Shown: positions 24,338 to 35,502 of the stretch, piece by piece
Position numbering within the stretch: position 1 is the first letter of the stretch
Layout: each line of letters starts with the position of its first letter
NCBI GenBank assembly: GCA_963833425.1
Contig: CAWHXP010000002.1
Coordinates: 64,001 to 128,000, forward strand
Length of the DNA: 64,000 nucleotides
DNA from: an uncultured Methanosarcinaceae archaeon
Lineage (GTDB): Archaea; Halobacteriota; Methanosarcinia; Methanosarcinales; Methanosarcinaceae
Direction of reading: 5' to 3'
Position numbers and translations under genes: made by a program
The notes under the pieces: model-generated
Told to the model about the DNA's origin: nothing
The model's database searches: none
The model's input: only the letters and a program-made list of their open reading frames with translations

Positions 24338-25196
24338 TGCTACCCTCTTATAAAAGATCTTCAGCTCAAATAAAATTTGCTTAAGGTTGGTTTGTTATAA
24401 TTAATTTCCTAACCATTCATTTGGGTTGAACAGGATGAAATTCATACTTCATTTCCACAAGTGGTTTCCATTTCTAATAATTCAGTTCTGCGTGTATTAA
24501 CATTAGCTATTAATTTTAATATATATAGGACTTGCGCGATTGAAGCATTTTTCTGCAAATATATTTGAAATACCATATTAATATAATAAGCTATTTATAT
24601 ATATCATTATTTTAATTGATGAAATAAATCCACCTTAATTTGTTGAACTTGATAGCATCAAGTTTCTCTTTGCATCTTCTAGATTATCTGCATAGCATTG
24701 TGTTATTCTATCTTCATTAAGTTTCTATACATGCTAATTCGATTTTTTTTCCCTAACAAAGGCAATTTTAATGGGATATTTCATTTCTTCTAGAAGCTCT
24801 CAAATTGAAATTTTAACTTGAAAATCTATCCTCTCTTCACTAATTTGGTCTTCATTTATTTTTAATTAGGCCGCGATAATTTTAAATAGTATATAACTAG
24901 CTTTTCTAGTAGTTAAAAACATGATTTTTTTTTCGAATAAATATCGACATCTTAGGTACACACAAGATGTCTCGTCTTTAGGATCATATTTCCAATCAAA
25001 AGTTGTGAAACTTTCGGAAGATTGTATATGCTTACTCTCATATTTTTTTGTTATACCCTTAGTATATTATTCTTCAGCGAAATTTAGAACTTAATTACTT
25101 ATTAAAATTCGTGAATTTTAGAAAACAGGCCACTGCAAGTAAAGGCAGCGTGCTGAAAGTTCTGAAATTTTGAATAGCTATGTACCCTTTTTTAAT

Positions 25197-25820
25197 TCAA
25201 TAAACAAGATTTACTGATTTTCTTGATGCAGAGATTTTTGAGACGTTTAGCGAAAAAAGAAAGTCTCTGACATATTCAGGTCGAATAACTGTAAGACCAT
25301 CCGGTTTCTGAAATCCTGAAGCAATCTTTGCAATAAGCTTATTCGGTCCGACTCCAACTGAACATGTAATTCTTTCCTGACGTTGAACTTCATCTTTGAT
25401 CTTGATAGCACAAATTGCAGCCTCTTCAAAACTCCTTATCTCAGGTCCTGGCACTAGATAGGCTTCATCAACACTCGCCTGCTGAAACTTCTCAGCAAAC
25501 CCTTTCATGATCTCCATTACGTTTGCCGAAACCTGTGCATAGAGCTTCATGTTGACAGGCAAAAAGACAGCCTCAGGACAGAGTTTATATGCCTGTGAAA
25601 TTGGCATTGCCGAATGAATTCCGTATTTTCGTGCCTCGTAAGAACAGGTGCTTACAACTCCTCTGCCTGACCCCCCTTTAGGGTCAGAACCCACCACAAC
25701 AGGCAGTCCTTTTATTTCTGGCATTTCCCTGACCTCCACGGACGCAAAAAAACTATCCATATCTACATGGAGAACTATCCTCCTTTCGGTATTGTTTGCT
25801 TTAGGATTGGGAGCATGCAT
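25197..25820 (-). pseudogene. dinB: DNA polymerase IV (Y family), 3'-truncated
   Basis: HVDMDSFFASVE, SYEARKYG, SVDEAY, KLIAKIAS..KPDG; homology ends at VSKI near 25233, thumb and little-finger domains missing. Confidence 0.92.
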
Positions 25821-25987
25821 CTTGAAATATTTGATTATAAAAGATCATAAGGTTAAAGGGAGTTAGGTGAAAGTATTCAGGGTTTATTTTTTTGGTTCTG
25901 TTAAGTCAACTAGGGAGAGTATTTTTCCAGCTACTGTCGGAACCATAAATCGCTATCCCTCGTAGATTCGACAGTAATATAAAATTA

Positions 25988-26540
25988 TTAGAATAAGCTT
26001 CTTTGCCTGTTGATTTTAAGTGGCTCAATAACTTCTAGATAATTGTTTCTTGGATTTCTTGCTTCATCTCCAACTTCCCATTCTTCCATTTTGTCGTCAG
26101 GGAAGAGCTCCAATAAGGGGCAAAGCTGATCCGCTTCAACAATATCAGGATTCAACCATATGTCTTCATCCTCTTTTTCTAAAATAACAGGCATTCTATC
26201 ATGATATTTGCCAACAGTCGTATTAGGTATTGTAGTAATGATTGTGTAGTTATGGATTTCTTTCATGTTCTTTTTATCTTTCCAAACGTCATACAGCCCA
26301 GCAAAGGCAAAAATTGAATGATCTTTCATCTGGAAATAGTGCCACTGGAAGGGATTTTTTAAAAAATGAATCTTATCTGGTTCGTAAAACCCTGTCGCTG
26401 GGATAAAACAACGTTTATGAAGAAACGGTTGGCGGAATGTAGGCAATTTATCAACTGTTTAGGCTTTAGCATTTATCGCTTTGTATTTATAATGCTCATC
26501 TTCGGCAAAACATGCAGTATATACCTCTTTCTTGTAAGAT
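25988..26540 (-). pseudogene. SOS response-associated peptidase (SRAP/HMCES-like)
   Basis: INAKA*TV (nonsense), RCFIPATGFYE, FAGLYDVW, HDRMPVIL; N-terminal MCGR not found. Confidence 0.88.
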
Positions 26541-27230
26541 CAATTTAAAATCATCATGAATGAGGTTAATTGTAAAGAAATTCTTAAATGTTGTGCTTTA
26601 TCCTGAACTATTCCGCTTTGAATACTTTCACATAACTCGGAGTTTCCTTTTAACCTATAACTCAATAATTCATTTCGAGAATGATTGACATGGACATCTC
26701 TGAAAAGTCATTAGAATGTGTGCTCTTGCTCACTAAAATGTATTGAAAAACAAATTGTTTTAACATTTAATTAAATTTGAATGAGAAATGACGTTGGAAG
26801 CGGACGTATTGGTGTACTCTTGAATATGGCGATGCACTAGTGAAACAAGACGGTTTATCTACAAGTTGGGTAACGGAACATACCTGATGCTATTGCCCTT
26901 GCTCTGATTTAAGTAGGAGCCTGTCTATAAGAGCCAGAGCCAATCTTTTGCTTACTTGAAAGAAAGCAGATGGAAGGTTATTAAAAAATACGTGCAAATA
27001 TGTTAAAAAGTATAGTGTGCATGTTTTCTAATATATATTCAGAAATATAGTAATTAACCATTCCCAATATTTTATAAGACTTTGGGAGTAATTATCTTAT
27101 AATTTGATGTAAAAACAAACTTTATTTTATATGCACTAACGTAATTATTGATCCATTTATCTGATTCTAAAAAATTATTTAAGGAACTACTTGACGGTTG
27201 ATATTTCTGTGATGTTCCTACCAACGGAAC

Positions 27231-27563
27231 ATGAGATATAAGGAATCTAGTGTTAATATACAGGTGATGGGCATGAATATAGAAAAAAATCCCTTTCTAA
27301 AAAAATTAAGGTTCTTGCAAAAAATTACGAAGGCTAAAGACTATAGATGTCCATCTTGCGCAGAGAGAGTGGAAAACCGCTTTTTAAGGAAATTAAGATT
27401 TTGGCAAAAAGTTACGATGGTTAAAGATTTTAGGTGTCCGGTTTGTGGAGAGAGAGTAGACAAAGGTGAATTCAGAAACGAAGTGTTCATGCGAGAATTC
27501 AAGAGTTCTGGGCTGTGTCAAGAATGTCAGGATACAGTTTTTGGATATAGAGTAGCATGGTGA
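27231..27563 (+). CDS. small CxxC zinc-binding protein with an internal tandem duplication
   Basis: CPSC, CPVC and CQEC motifs; ~29-aa unit repeated twice; true start may be 27267 or 27273. Confidence 0.78.
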   Translation: MRYKESSVNIQVMGMNIEKNPFLKKLRFLQKITKAKDYRCPSCAERVENRFLRKLRFWQKVTMVKDFRCPVCGERVDKGEFRNEVFMREFKSSGLCQECQDTVFGYRVAW

Positions 27564-27585
27564 TATGTCAGTTTTGCGACTTAAG

Positions 27586-27712
27586 AAATTAAGAGATTTT
27601 AGCACAAAACATATGTATTTTCTCCATGTCAACTTTCCATTCCAATTTTTGCACTACTACATACACTCACAAGCTTAAGAGCATAGATAAACGCATTCTA
27701 TTTTAATTTCAG
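27586..27712 (+). repeat. palindromic site TAAGAGATTTT-AGCAC-AAAACATATGT (27590-27616) plus right-flank module
   Basis: AAATTAAGAGATTTTAGCACAAAA is identical at 35241; right flank is similar to 13340-13432. Confidence 0.78.
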
Positions 27713-28083
27713 GCAAATCCGATCTTTTTTAGGAAAAATCCAATATCAAATTCTCAACATTTTGGAATAGAAAAAAAATCATTATTAGTATCGAATTGTT
27801 TTTTGATTGTGAAAAATTTGATATAGGGTCATTTTTCGTTTAAAAATTATTTTTCGTATGATTAATTTAAAATAACTATGGGAATAATTGTACGTTGTAA
27901 CTATCGAAAATCAGCTAAGATATTGGTTTATCAAAAATTTTTATAGCATATGTACTATTCATAAATTTTGAATCAAGTGAATGAATAGGAAGATAACAAA
28001 TTCGCAGATCTGGAAATATTTTACACATAATGGAACATTTATAATTTTTTAATACATGGTATATGGAAAAAGGAGAAAAATAC

Positions 28084-29481
28084 ATGATGAATAAAAAAAG
28101 ATAGCCTTAGTTTAACAGCTATGATTTTAGTGCTGATAGGTATTGCAGGTGCAACGCCTTTTGCATACATCACAAACACCGACAGCCACAATGTCTCTGT
28201 AATTGATACTGCAAATAATACACTTATAGCCTCAGTGCCACTAGAACTAGCCTCAGTGCCACTAGAACTTGGGCCTTATGGAGTTGTAGTTACCCCTGAT
28301 GGAACAAATGTATATGTAACATACTTTGTTGGCAGCAATAATGTCTCTGTGATTAGCACAACAAACAACACTGCCTATGCCAACGTACCTGTAGGAAGCC
28401 GGCCTTATGGAGTTGCAGTCAGTCCGGATGGATCAAAAGTATATGTAACAAACCCAATAAATGCAAATATCCCAGGCACCGTCTCTGTAATTAACACAAC
28501 GACTAATTATATTATAGCCAATGTGACTGTTGGAAGGGCTCCTGCTGGAGTTGCGGTCACACCAGATGGAACAAGTGTGTATGTCACCAACCGGTATGAC
28601 TGGACTGTATCCGTAATTAACACAACAAATAACACTGCCTATGCCAATATAACTGTAGGACACTATCCTAATGGAATTGTAGTAACCCCATATGGAACGA
28701 AGGTATACGTGGTAAACCAAGGAGATAGCGACACTAATCCAGAAACTGTCTCTGTAATTGACACAGCAACTAACACTGTTAAAGCTACTGTTAATGTAGG
28801 ACCTACTCCGGAAGGAGTTGCAGTCACACCTGATGGATCAAAGGTATATGTGGCGAACAATGCCAACGCCAATGTCTCTGTAATTGAAACAGCCACAAAT
28901 AATGTTACCACGGTGAGTGTGGGCGGCAGTCCTGTTGCCTTTGGGCAGTTTATTGGTCCCTGGCTAAGAACGCCTACAATCACCTGGAATAATCCTGATG
29001 ATATAGTTTATGGTACACCATTGAGCAATACTCAACTAAATACAACTGCAGCAGACTCAATAACTAGAGCCACATTACCCGGAACTTTTGTCTACACTCC
29101 CCATCAGGAATTGTATTAAGCACAGGTATGCATACATTAAATGTTTCTTTCAAACCAACTGATAATAAAAAATATACTAATGTGTCAGCGAGTGTTCAAA
29201 TAAATGTCCTGACTCCAGTTCAGGAAATCCAACAAATGATTACTTTTATCCAAGGTTTAGTCAATTCAGGTAAACTGAATCCTGGACAAGCTAAATCACT
29301 AATCTTTAAACTGAACGCTGCGAAGAAAAATATAAATCATGAAAATACACCAGCAGCAACTAATGAGCTCAATGCTTTCATTAACGAAGTAAATGCTGAA
29401 ATAAAAACTGGCAAACTTTCTTCAACAGATGGACAGACACTGATTGACGGAGCGAATGCAGAGATTAATGCAATTAAATAA
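28084..29481 (+). pseudogene. YVTN beta-propeller surface protein, frameshifted
   Basis: Repeats P.GVAVTPDG..VYVTN....VSVI; PTITWNNPDDIVYGTPLS Ig-like unit; helical C-terminal domain in a second ORF (29128-29481) after a shift at the C-run near 29100. Confidence 0.87.
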
Positions 29482-29763
29482 CTGAAAACTCTTGAGAATG
29501 CATAATAAATATGAAAAAACAGCTAAAATTTTGGGGGTTCAACAACCCCGTTATATTTTTAAAATACATATAAATAGATCATGCTTTTAAGTTATGGCTC
29601 AACGCTAAAATTTTCCTATTCTTTTTGACTAGATCATTCCATTACATACAGGAATATGCATGTTTTCATCGATTTATCAAAGTAAATACTAGAAAGTATT
29701 AGAAACACATAAGTAAATTGAAAAATTCACTTGACATCTATTTTTGTTTGCCACAAAAAATAG

Positions 29764-29900
29764 AATTTATCGTTTTACTGATGCACAGGTTTATATAGCA
29801 AAAACTATGCATCAGTAAAAATGATAAATCCTGTTATTTGCGATAAAGGCAAAGGTTCAAGAGCCATTTAGAATTTACAGAATTTTTGGTATACTGGCAT
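29764..29900. repeat. palindromic site GCACAGGTTTA-TATAGC-AAAAACTATGC (29783-29810) inside a ~65-bp inverted repeat
   Basis: TTTTACTGATGCA...TGCATCAGTAAAA and ATTTATC...GATAAAT outer arms. Confidence 0.82.
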
Positions 29901-30346
29901 GTAAAAATAATTAAATTAAAGGTTTTACTCCTATTTTAATAAATATCCATAGTAACTGTTTTTGCACAATGTTGTATAGAATTACATAGCATTAACCCCC
30001 ACCTCTACATTTTAATCACATTTTTAATTTTTGCATTTTTGTCATTATTACCATTAACAGACCATATCAATTGTTGCTGGTAAGATTCACACACCCATCA
30101 ATCATCATCATGATGGTCACCAATGTGGATGTCGATGTTCATGGTCCCAATCTTCATGGCCCCAAATAGATATCAATAGGAAAATTAAATGAATTTTTGC
30201 GTTTCCTGCCGAAAATAGGATCAAAGAATTTGCACACGCCAATTATTTGATTATTAAAATTACGTACGGATCGATAAGTCTAATCGCCTTTATTATATTT
30301 CCGAGCCGCTCCATGTTCCCATACAGGTAAATAAGGATCGGTCCCA

Positions 30347-30576
30347 TCTATTGACTTCGTGAACCTATTGCATCCCAATTATAATAGGTATTAAGTTTTT
30401 GTCCTTCCTCTTCTTCTGTTATCCGTACGAATTCTTCTCCAAGGAAGAGCACAGCCTTCTTGTAGACCTTCCCTTCATTGATCTGAAGGTTGACCCCCTT
30501 CTCTGAGTTTTCTTGACAAAGTCCCTTCTAATGGAGATGATGCATATTCAAAAATTTTTTCCCATGTGTTCTTCAT
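30347..30576 (-). pseudogene. small hypothetical protein, frameshifted
   Basis: Manual translation MKNTWEKIFEYASSPLEGTLSRKLRE/GVNLQINEGKVYKKAVLFLGEEFVRITEEE..NTYYNWD; GGAG RBS. Confidence 0.6.
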
Positions 30577-31079
30577 CTCCGTTCACCTTAAGATATATCT
30601 TACCAGATATGTATTATCTACAACTTTTCAGCTGCTATTAGAACATTAAGTTACTAATATATTCCTAATACACAGGTATCCTATGTACTATCCAATATTT
30701 AATAAAGCTTTTTATAGGCCGTAATTAGATTGAAAATAAAGGAAGAACTGAAGAGATAGCAGTAAGCTTAAAAACATGAATTTTTCTAACCTCAAAATCA
30801 AATGTTTTAAATTGATCTGTACTTCGACAAAGATCGTCCACTATACTTGATTGATGTTTCATGGTATCCTCTTCAACACGACCTTTGCTTTCGTTATATG
30901 CTGCACAGCAGGCTGACCCAGCAACGCCAAAATATCGAAAAAAATGAGCTGTAAACTTATTTCGATCAGTTTGGAATAACATCAATAAATTAATGATGGA
31001 CCACCTAGACAAAGTGAATCTCAAAAAGAGAGTCTTTTTAAATTTTTCGGGTTCTTCCCCAATTTTAAAAGAACAAAGG

Positions 31080-32497
31080 GGTTCCGTTGCAAAGATTATG
31101 AGGGGAATTTGCTGAAATAAGTAGAAATTTAGGAGTATAAATTATGCCAGTAAATTCCTTTAAATGGAAACATTATGAAGGAGAAATGATCTTATTAAAC
31201 GTAAGATGGTACTTAAAATATGCATTAAGCTATAGAAATTTAAAGGAAATGATGGCAGAAAGGGGAATAAAAGTCGACCATACGACAATCATGAGATTGG
31301 TACATCAATATTTATTTAGCTGCCACACAGGCGCCTGTGAGTACGAGCCAACAAAGGTAGAAAGGAAAGACTACTGCGCTTTAGACTTTTTGGATTGTCC
31401 GCGCCTTCGCGTTAAACTGTTTAAAATGTACACTTTTTAGATAGTTTATGCACTCTATGGCATGCATTTTCCTACTTGTGACAGGCAAGAGACCAGAAGA
31501 GCTCAGGCATCCGCTCGAATCGGGGAGAAATCCAGGGTAAAAAAGCAGACTTTAGAAATATTCATAATGAATTGATAGGGGAGGTAATTTTATAGATATA
31601 TCAGAATTCAAAAGGTTGCCAAGACATATTGCTATTATACCAGATGGAAACAGGAGATGGGCTCAAGCTAGAAGCTTAGAAAAACATGAAGGGTATGCTA
31701 ATGGAATAATTCCGGGATTAGAAGTATATGAAATATGCGTGAAACTTGGAATAGAAGAAGTTACTTTTTTTGGATTTACTCAAGATAACACAAAAAGGCC
31801 TCGAATTCAAAGAAAAGCGTTTATAGAAGCTTGTGTAAAATCAGTTATAGAAATTTCAAAACGTGATGCCGAAATACTGGTAGTAGGGAAAACTAATTCG
31901 GAAATATTTCCAAAAGAGTTACTTCCATACACAAAGAAAACTAAATTTGGAAAAGGTAAGATAAAGATCAATTTTTTGATAAATTATGGCTGGTATTGGG
32001 ATTTAACGTATGCATATGATAGTTCTTCGGATAAAGAAAAAATGGTAGAAAACATTGCATCAGCAGACATTCCAAGAATAGATTTACTTATTCGCTGGGG
32101 AGGAAGACGTAGATTAAGTGGAATGCTCCCGATTCAAACGGTATATTCAGACATATATGTAGTTGATGAAATGTGGCCAGATTTTAAGCCAGAACACTTG
32201 TATACTGCATTAGAATATTATCAAGATCAAGATATTACATTAGGTGGGTAATTGTTCCAATGCTAAGCTTTCAATCTTTTCGCTCTGCAAGTAAAATTTT
32301 AAAAGGAATTGAAGCTTTGAATATGGTTAAAAAAGGACAAATCAAGAGCTAAACTACTCTGGTCTTATTAAAGCTAAATATAGCAATCAATTATTTGGAA
32401 TAGTTCTGTAATATTGATACATTTTTCTCGGATATTTTGACTTATGTTCATCATCCATATATTTACGTGCTTATTCGGATATTTTTGCAACGGAATC
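31080..32497 (+). mobile_element. IS6-family shell with the transposase core replaced by passenger DNA
   Basis: Left TIR GGTTCCGTTGCAAA plus tnp codons 1-56 (31144-31310); tnp C-terminus (PMLSFQSFRSASKILKGIEALNMVKKGQ) resumes near 32255; right TIR TTTTTGCAACGGAATC. Confidence 0.85.
31592..32251 (+). CDS. uppS: cis-prenyltransferase (undecaprenyl diphosphate synthase family)
   Basis: PRHIAIIPDGNRRWA, INYG, DLLIRWGGRRRLSG, WPDF; GGAGG RBS precedes an in-frame ATA at 31592 (mutated ATG?), TTG 31616 is the alternative start. Confidence 0.88.
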   Translation: MDISEFKRLPRHIAIIPDGNRRWAQARSLEKHEGYANGIIPGLEVYEICVKLGIEEVTFFGFTQDNTKRPRIQRKAFIEACVKSVIEISKRDAEILVVGKTNSEIFPKELLPYTKKTKFGKGKIKINFLINYGWYWDLTYAYDSSSDKEKMVENIASADIPRIDLLIRWGGRRRLSGMLPIQTVYSDIYVVDEMWPDFKPEHLYTALEYYQDQDITLGG

Positions 32498-33985
32498 ATA
32501 TATACTAACTGATTTTCGATAGACTGAATAGTTATTTCTGTGTGTTATATCCAACCAAAATGGACGTTAGTTGATATACATTACATACAAATTTCTTGAT
32601 TTACTCCATAACTTATTAAAATATAACGCGATCATTTAAAAGCCAGATTAATATTTTTAGCCTTTTTAAATGATGAAATACAGCATGATAATCCATGTCC
32701 TTGGGGATATGAGAATAAAACTCTATATCTTCAGGCAATATTATTTAGCATTTGTGCCGACAATTCACAATATAATAATGGACAAACAAGCAAATAAATT
32801 TGATTTTTATGAATCCGCAGATTGTATGATCTAAATGGGGTCAGAGCTAATTAACATGATATTGGCAGTGAATAATTGGGGTCTTAGGATCATTAATTGT
32901 ATATCAAAACTGGATCCTATAAAATTACAGGGGAGATTTAAATTCAGCTGGCGACTATCTTTCAAAGAGCCGAGTGATAATTATTCGCTATCAGACACAA
33001 ACTACACTAAAACGTTAATAATACCTGCAGCTTGGTAGATTATATGTTAGATAACTTATTCACAATCTCTCCCTGTAATACACATAACTATACTAAAAAA
33101 TTTTATTTTGGATCTATACTATAGTGTATTTATGGATCAAGACCTAACATGATAACATTATAATAGATATATTTTATTTATATGTTAAGCAGCTTAATAA
33201 CGTTAACTAATCTGCATAATATGTAGTCTGGATCCTGAAACCACGATAACAACCTTTTGGAATTTTTCTATTTATGATTGTGGTTTAGACTAATTAGTTC
33301 CAAGTGTTCCATGAGAACTATTTCAGAGATTTTTTCTTATTTAGGATGGAGCTATGACCTTTTTAATTTTACATAACTTTTAGTACACTGACATTAAATT
33401 AAAAAAATAACGAAGCTTCTGCCATTAAACCTTACATTGGTATTTGTTGAATTCATATTTTTCCCACAATCATGACAATTGCCTTTACGGACGCATATTA
33501 TGCCACCACATCCAATTCATGTCCATCTTATTTTTTTCATTTCTAAGAAATTCCTTTATACCAAGTTTTTTAATTTTTTCAAGATTTTCAATCATACTCA
33601 TATTGTATTTGGTACGATATCTTTAATCTAAATATTTTAAATCATCACAAGAATATTTTTCACATTCAAAACAAAAATGAATTTGTATTTGTGTGATATT
33701 TACATGATTTAAGTTTGCATTTAGTTCGTGTAATAGGTCTGAAGACATTTTTCCCCTACAATCGGGACATTTATTTTTTTCTCTCAAGTAATCTTACAAA
33801 TGGAACAATCCATTCCTCAGGAAGCAACGATTAGAATTTCATTCAACAAAATCAAGCTCCATTAAAACAAACTACTTTCATACTTTAAGTATGTTCCGTT
33901 ATCATGCTCATGTAGTTTACAGATACATTTGTTTATAGTCTGTCTCAAAAAGCCTTAAAAGTTTACAGATGTAGGATTGGCAAAT

Positions 33986-34076
33986 TCATAGTTTTAATCA
34001 CATAAAACTATGCATCAACGAATTTTATACAAATGTTGACTTCCACTATACATAGTTTTTCACACAAAACATATGC
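33986..34076. repeat. two adjacent palindromic sites (33986-34013 and 34050-34076)
   Basis: TCATAGTTTTA-ATCACA-TAAAACTATGC and ACATAGTTTTT-CACAC-AAAACATATGC. Confidence 0.78.
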
Positions 34077-34349
34077 AAATATGGAGAAGTATTAGAAACA
34101 TAACTACTAAAATATATTTATTAATATATAGTAATTAATCTTTCTATACATTTTATAACAGTTGTGGAGTGATATTATTATCTAATAAGAAAATACATTT
34201 TTATATATAAATTTTGTTATTTATATTAAAATGTTTTCTTAAAAATTCTGGTTTGGGAACAAGTTAATACGCGATGTTTCCGCGGTACCCCTGCCAATGA
34301 AACGTTGTTAAAACGAATAAATAATAAATAAAAAGAAGGAGATTAAAAG

Positions 34350-34886
34350 ATGTTAAAACAAATGAAAAAGACACTTAGTATTTTACTAGCAGTTTGTTTT
34401 TTAATATCCGTAACTGCTTCGGCAGCAAGCGCACACCACGGTCGCTGGGGCGGTTGGGGTCCTAGTTGGGGTGGCTGCCCTTACGCAGCTCCGTATGTAG
34501 CCACATTACCATTTTCAGTCTCTGCAATTCAAGAAATCCCTGTACAGGCTGTTAATTACCGTCCAGCTCAAAAATCAGCTGCAGCAGTAGGTGCAGGACA
34601 CGTTGTTTGTAAGGGGAAGAAAAAAGCTACCTCGAAAACAGTATGCAAAAGACATCCTATGGTCAAAGAGAAGAAAAAAACAATTTCTAAAGTAATAAGT
34701 ACACATGATGGCTGCTGGCGCGGTGAATGTGACTGTGACGAATGTGACTGTGGAGATGGTGAATGCGACTGTGACTGTAAAGATGGATCTTTCATAGATA
34801 CTTTCATAGATATTTTCATACACTGCTTACCTTGCAACGAAAATAGCACATCAGAGAATTGCACCTCAGAAAATTGCACATTATAA
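34350..34886 (+). CDS. secreted low-complexity Gly/Trp-, Lys- and Cys/acidic-rich protein
   Basis: GGAG RBS, signal peptide ending ASA, GECDCDECDCGDGECDCDC tract. Confidence 0.8.
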   Translation: MLKQMKKTLSILLAVCFLISVTASAASAHHGRWGGWGPSWGGCPYAAPYVATLPFSVSAIQEIPVQAVNYRPAQKSAAAVGAGHVVCKGKKKATSKTVCKRHPMVKEKKKTISKVISTHDGCWRGECDCDECDCGDGECDCDCKDGSFIDTFIDIFIHCLPCNENSTSENCTSENCTL

Positions 34887-35240
34887 AGTTAGCAGCTTGA
34901 TTGAAAAATTATAAGTGATTTTTCTGAATAATTAATCACCTTCCTGGTTTTTTATTTTTTATTATTTGTATTTTTACCTAACTGTTTAACTCGTTCTGCT
35001 AACAGACTGTACAATTTCTGCTTTTACATTGGGAAAAAAGAACTACAGAATTAATCACATTTTTCATGACTTTTGGTACACTGCCAGATCTATATAATTA
35101 ATTTCCCCTTATTTTTCTATTTAGGATGGTTGTTTAAGTTAATAATTCCAAGTGCTACATGAGCCCCACATGTTCTATGAGTCCCATAAGCTCCAGGAGA
35201 AATAGATTGAAAATCTTTTCCTATTCCAGATGGGTCTAGG

Positions 35241-35271
35241 AAATTAAGAGATTTTAGCACAAAAACTGTGC
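35241..35271 (+). repeat. palindromic site TAAGAGATTTT-AGCAC-AAAAACTGTGC
   Basis: 24-bp identity with 27586-27609. Confidence 0.78.
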
Positions 35272-35502
35272 ATAAAATTAGAAGACTCAAAAAAAGAAAT
35301 CGGCAATTTTGATTACCTTAAAGAATACCATTTTTGCCCTTGAAATTAGGTGCCCAGTCCATTTAAATTATACATGGAGATAATGTCTATTAACATGAAG
35401 TAACATGAAATTCATTAAATAAAATATTATTTACGTAGTTGATAAGATAGTCAATTTGTCTATGGTCAATTTGTCTATGCATCGCTAGATCAGTATCAAT
35501 CG

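Noticed and set aside
25894..25944. GGTTCTGTT...GTCGGAACC as a tiny IS6-like element
   Set aside because: Only ~6 bp of terminal match; could be chance
31311..31440. C-terminal CxxxxC..CxxxxxxC tail of ORF 31144-31440 as a novel transposase domain
   Set aside because: Read-through into passenger DNA after the transposase breakpoint
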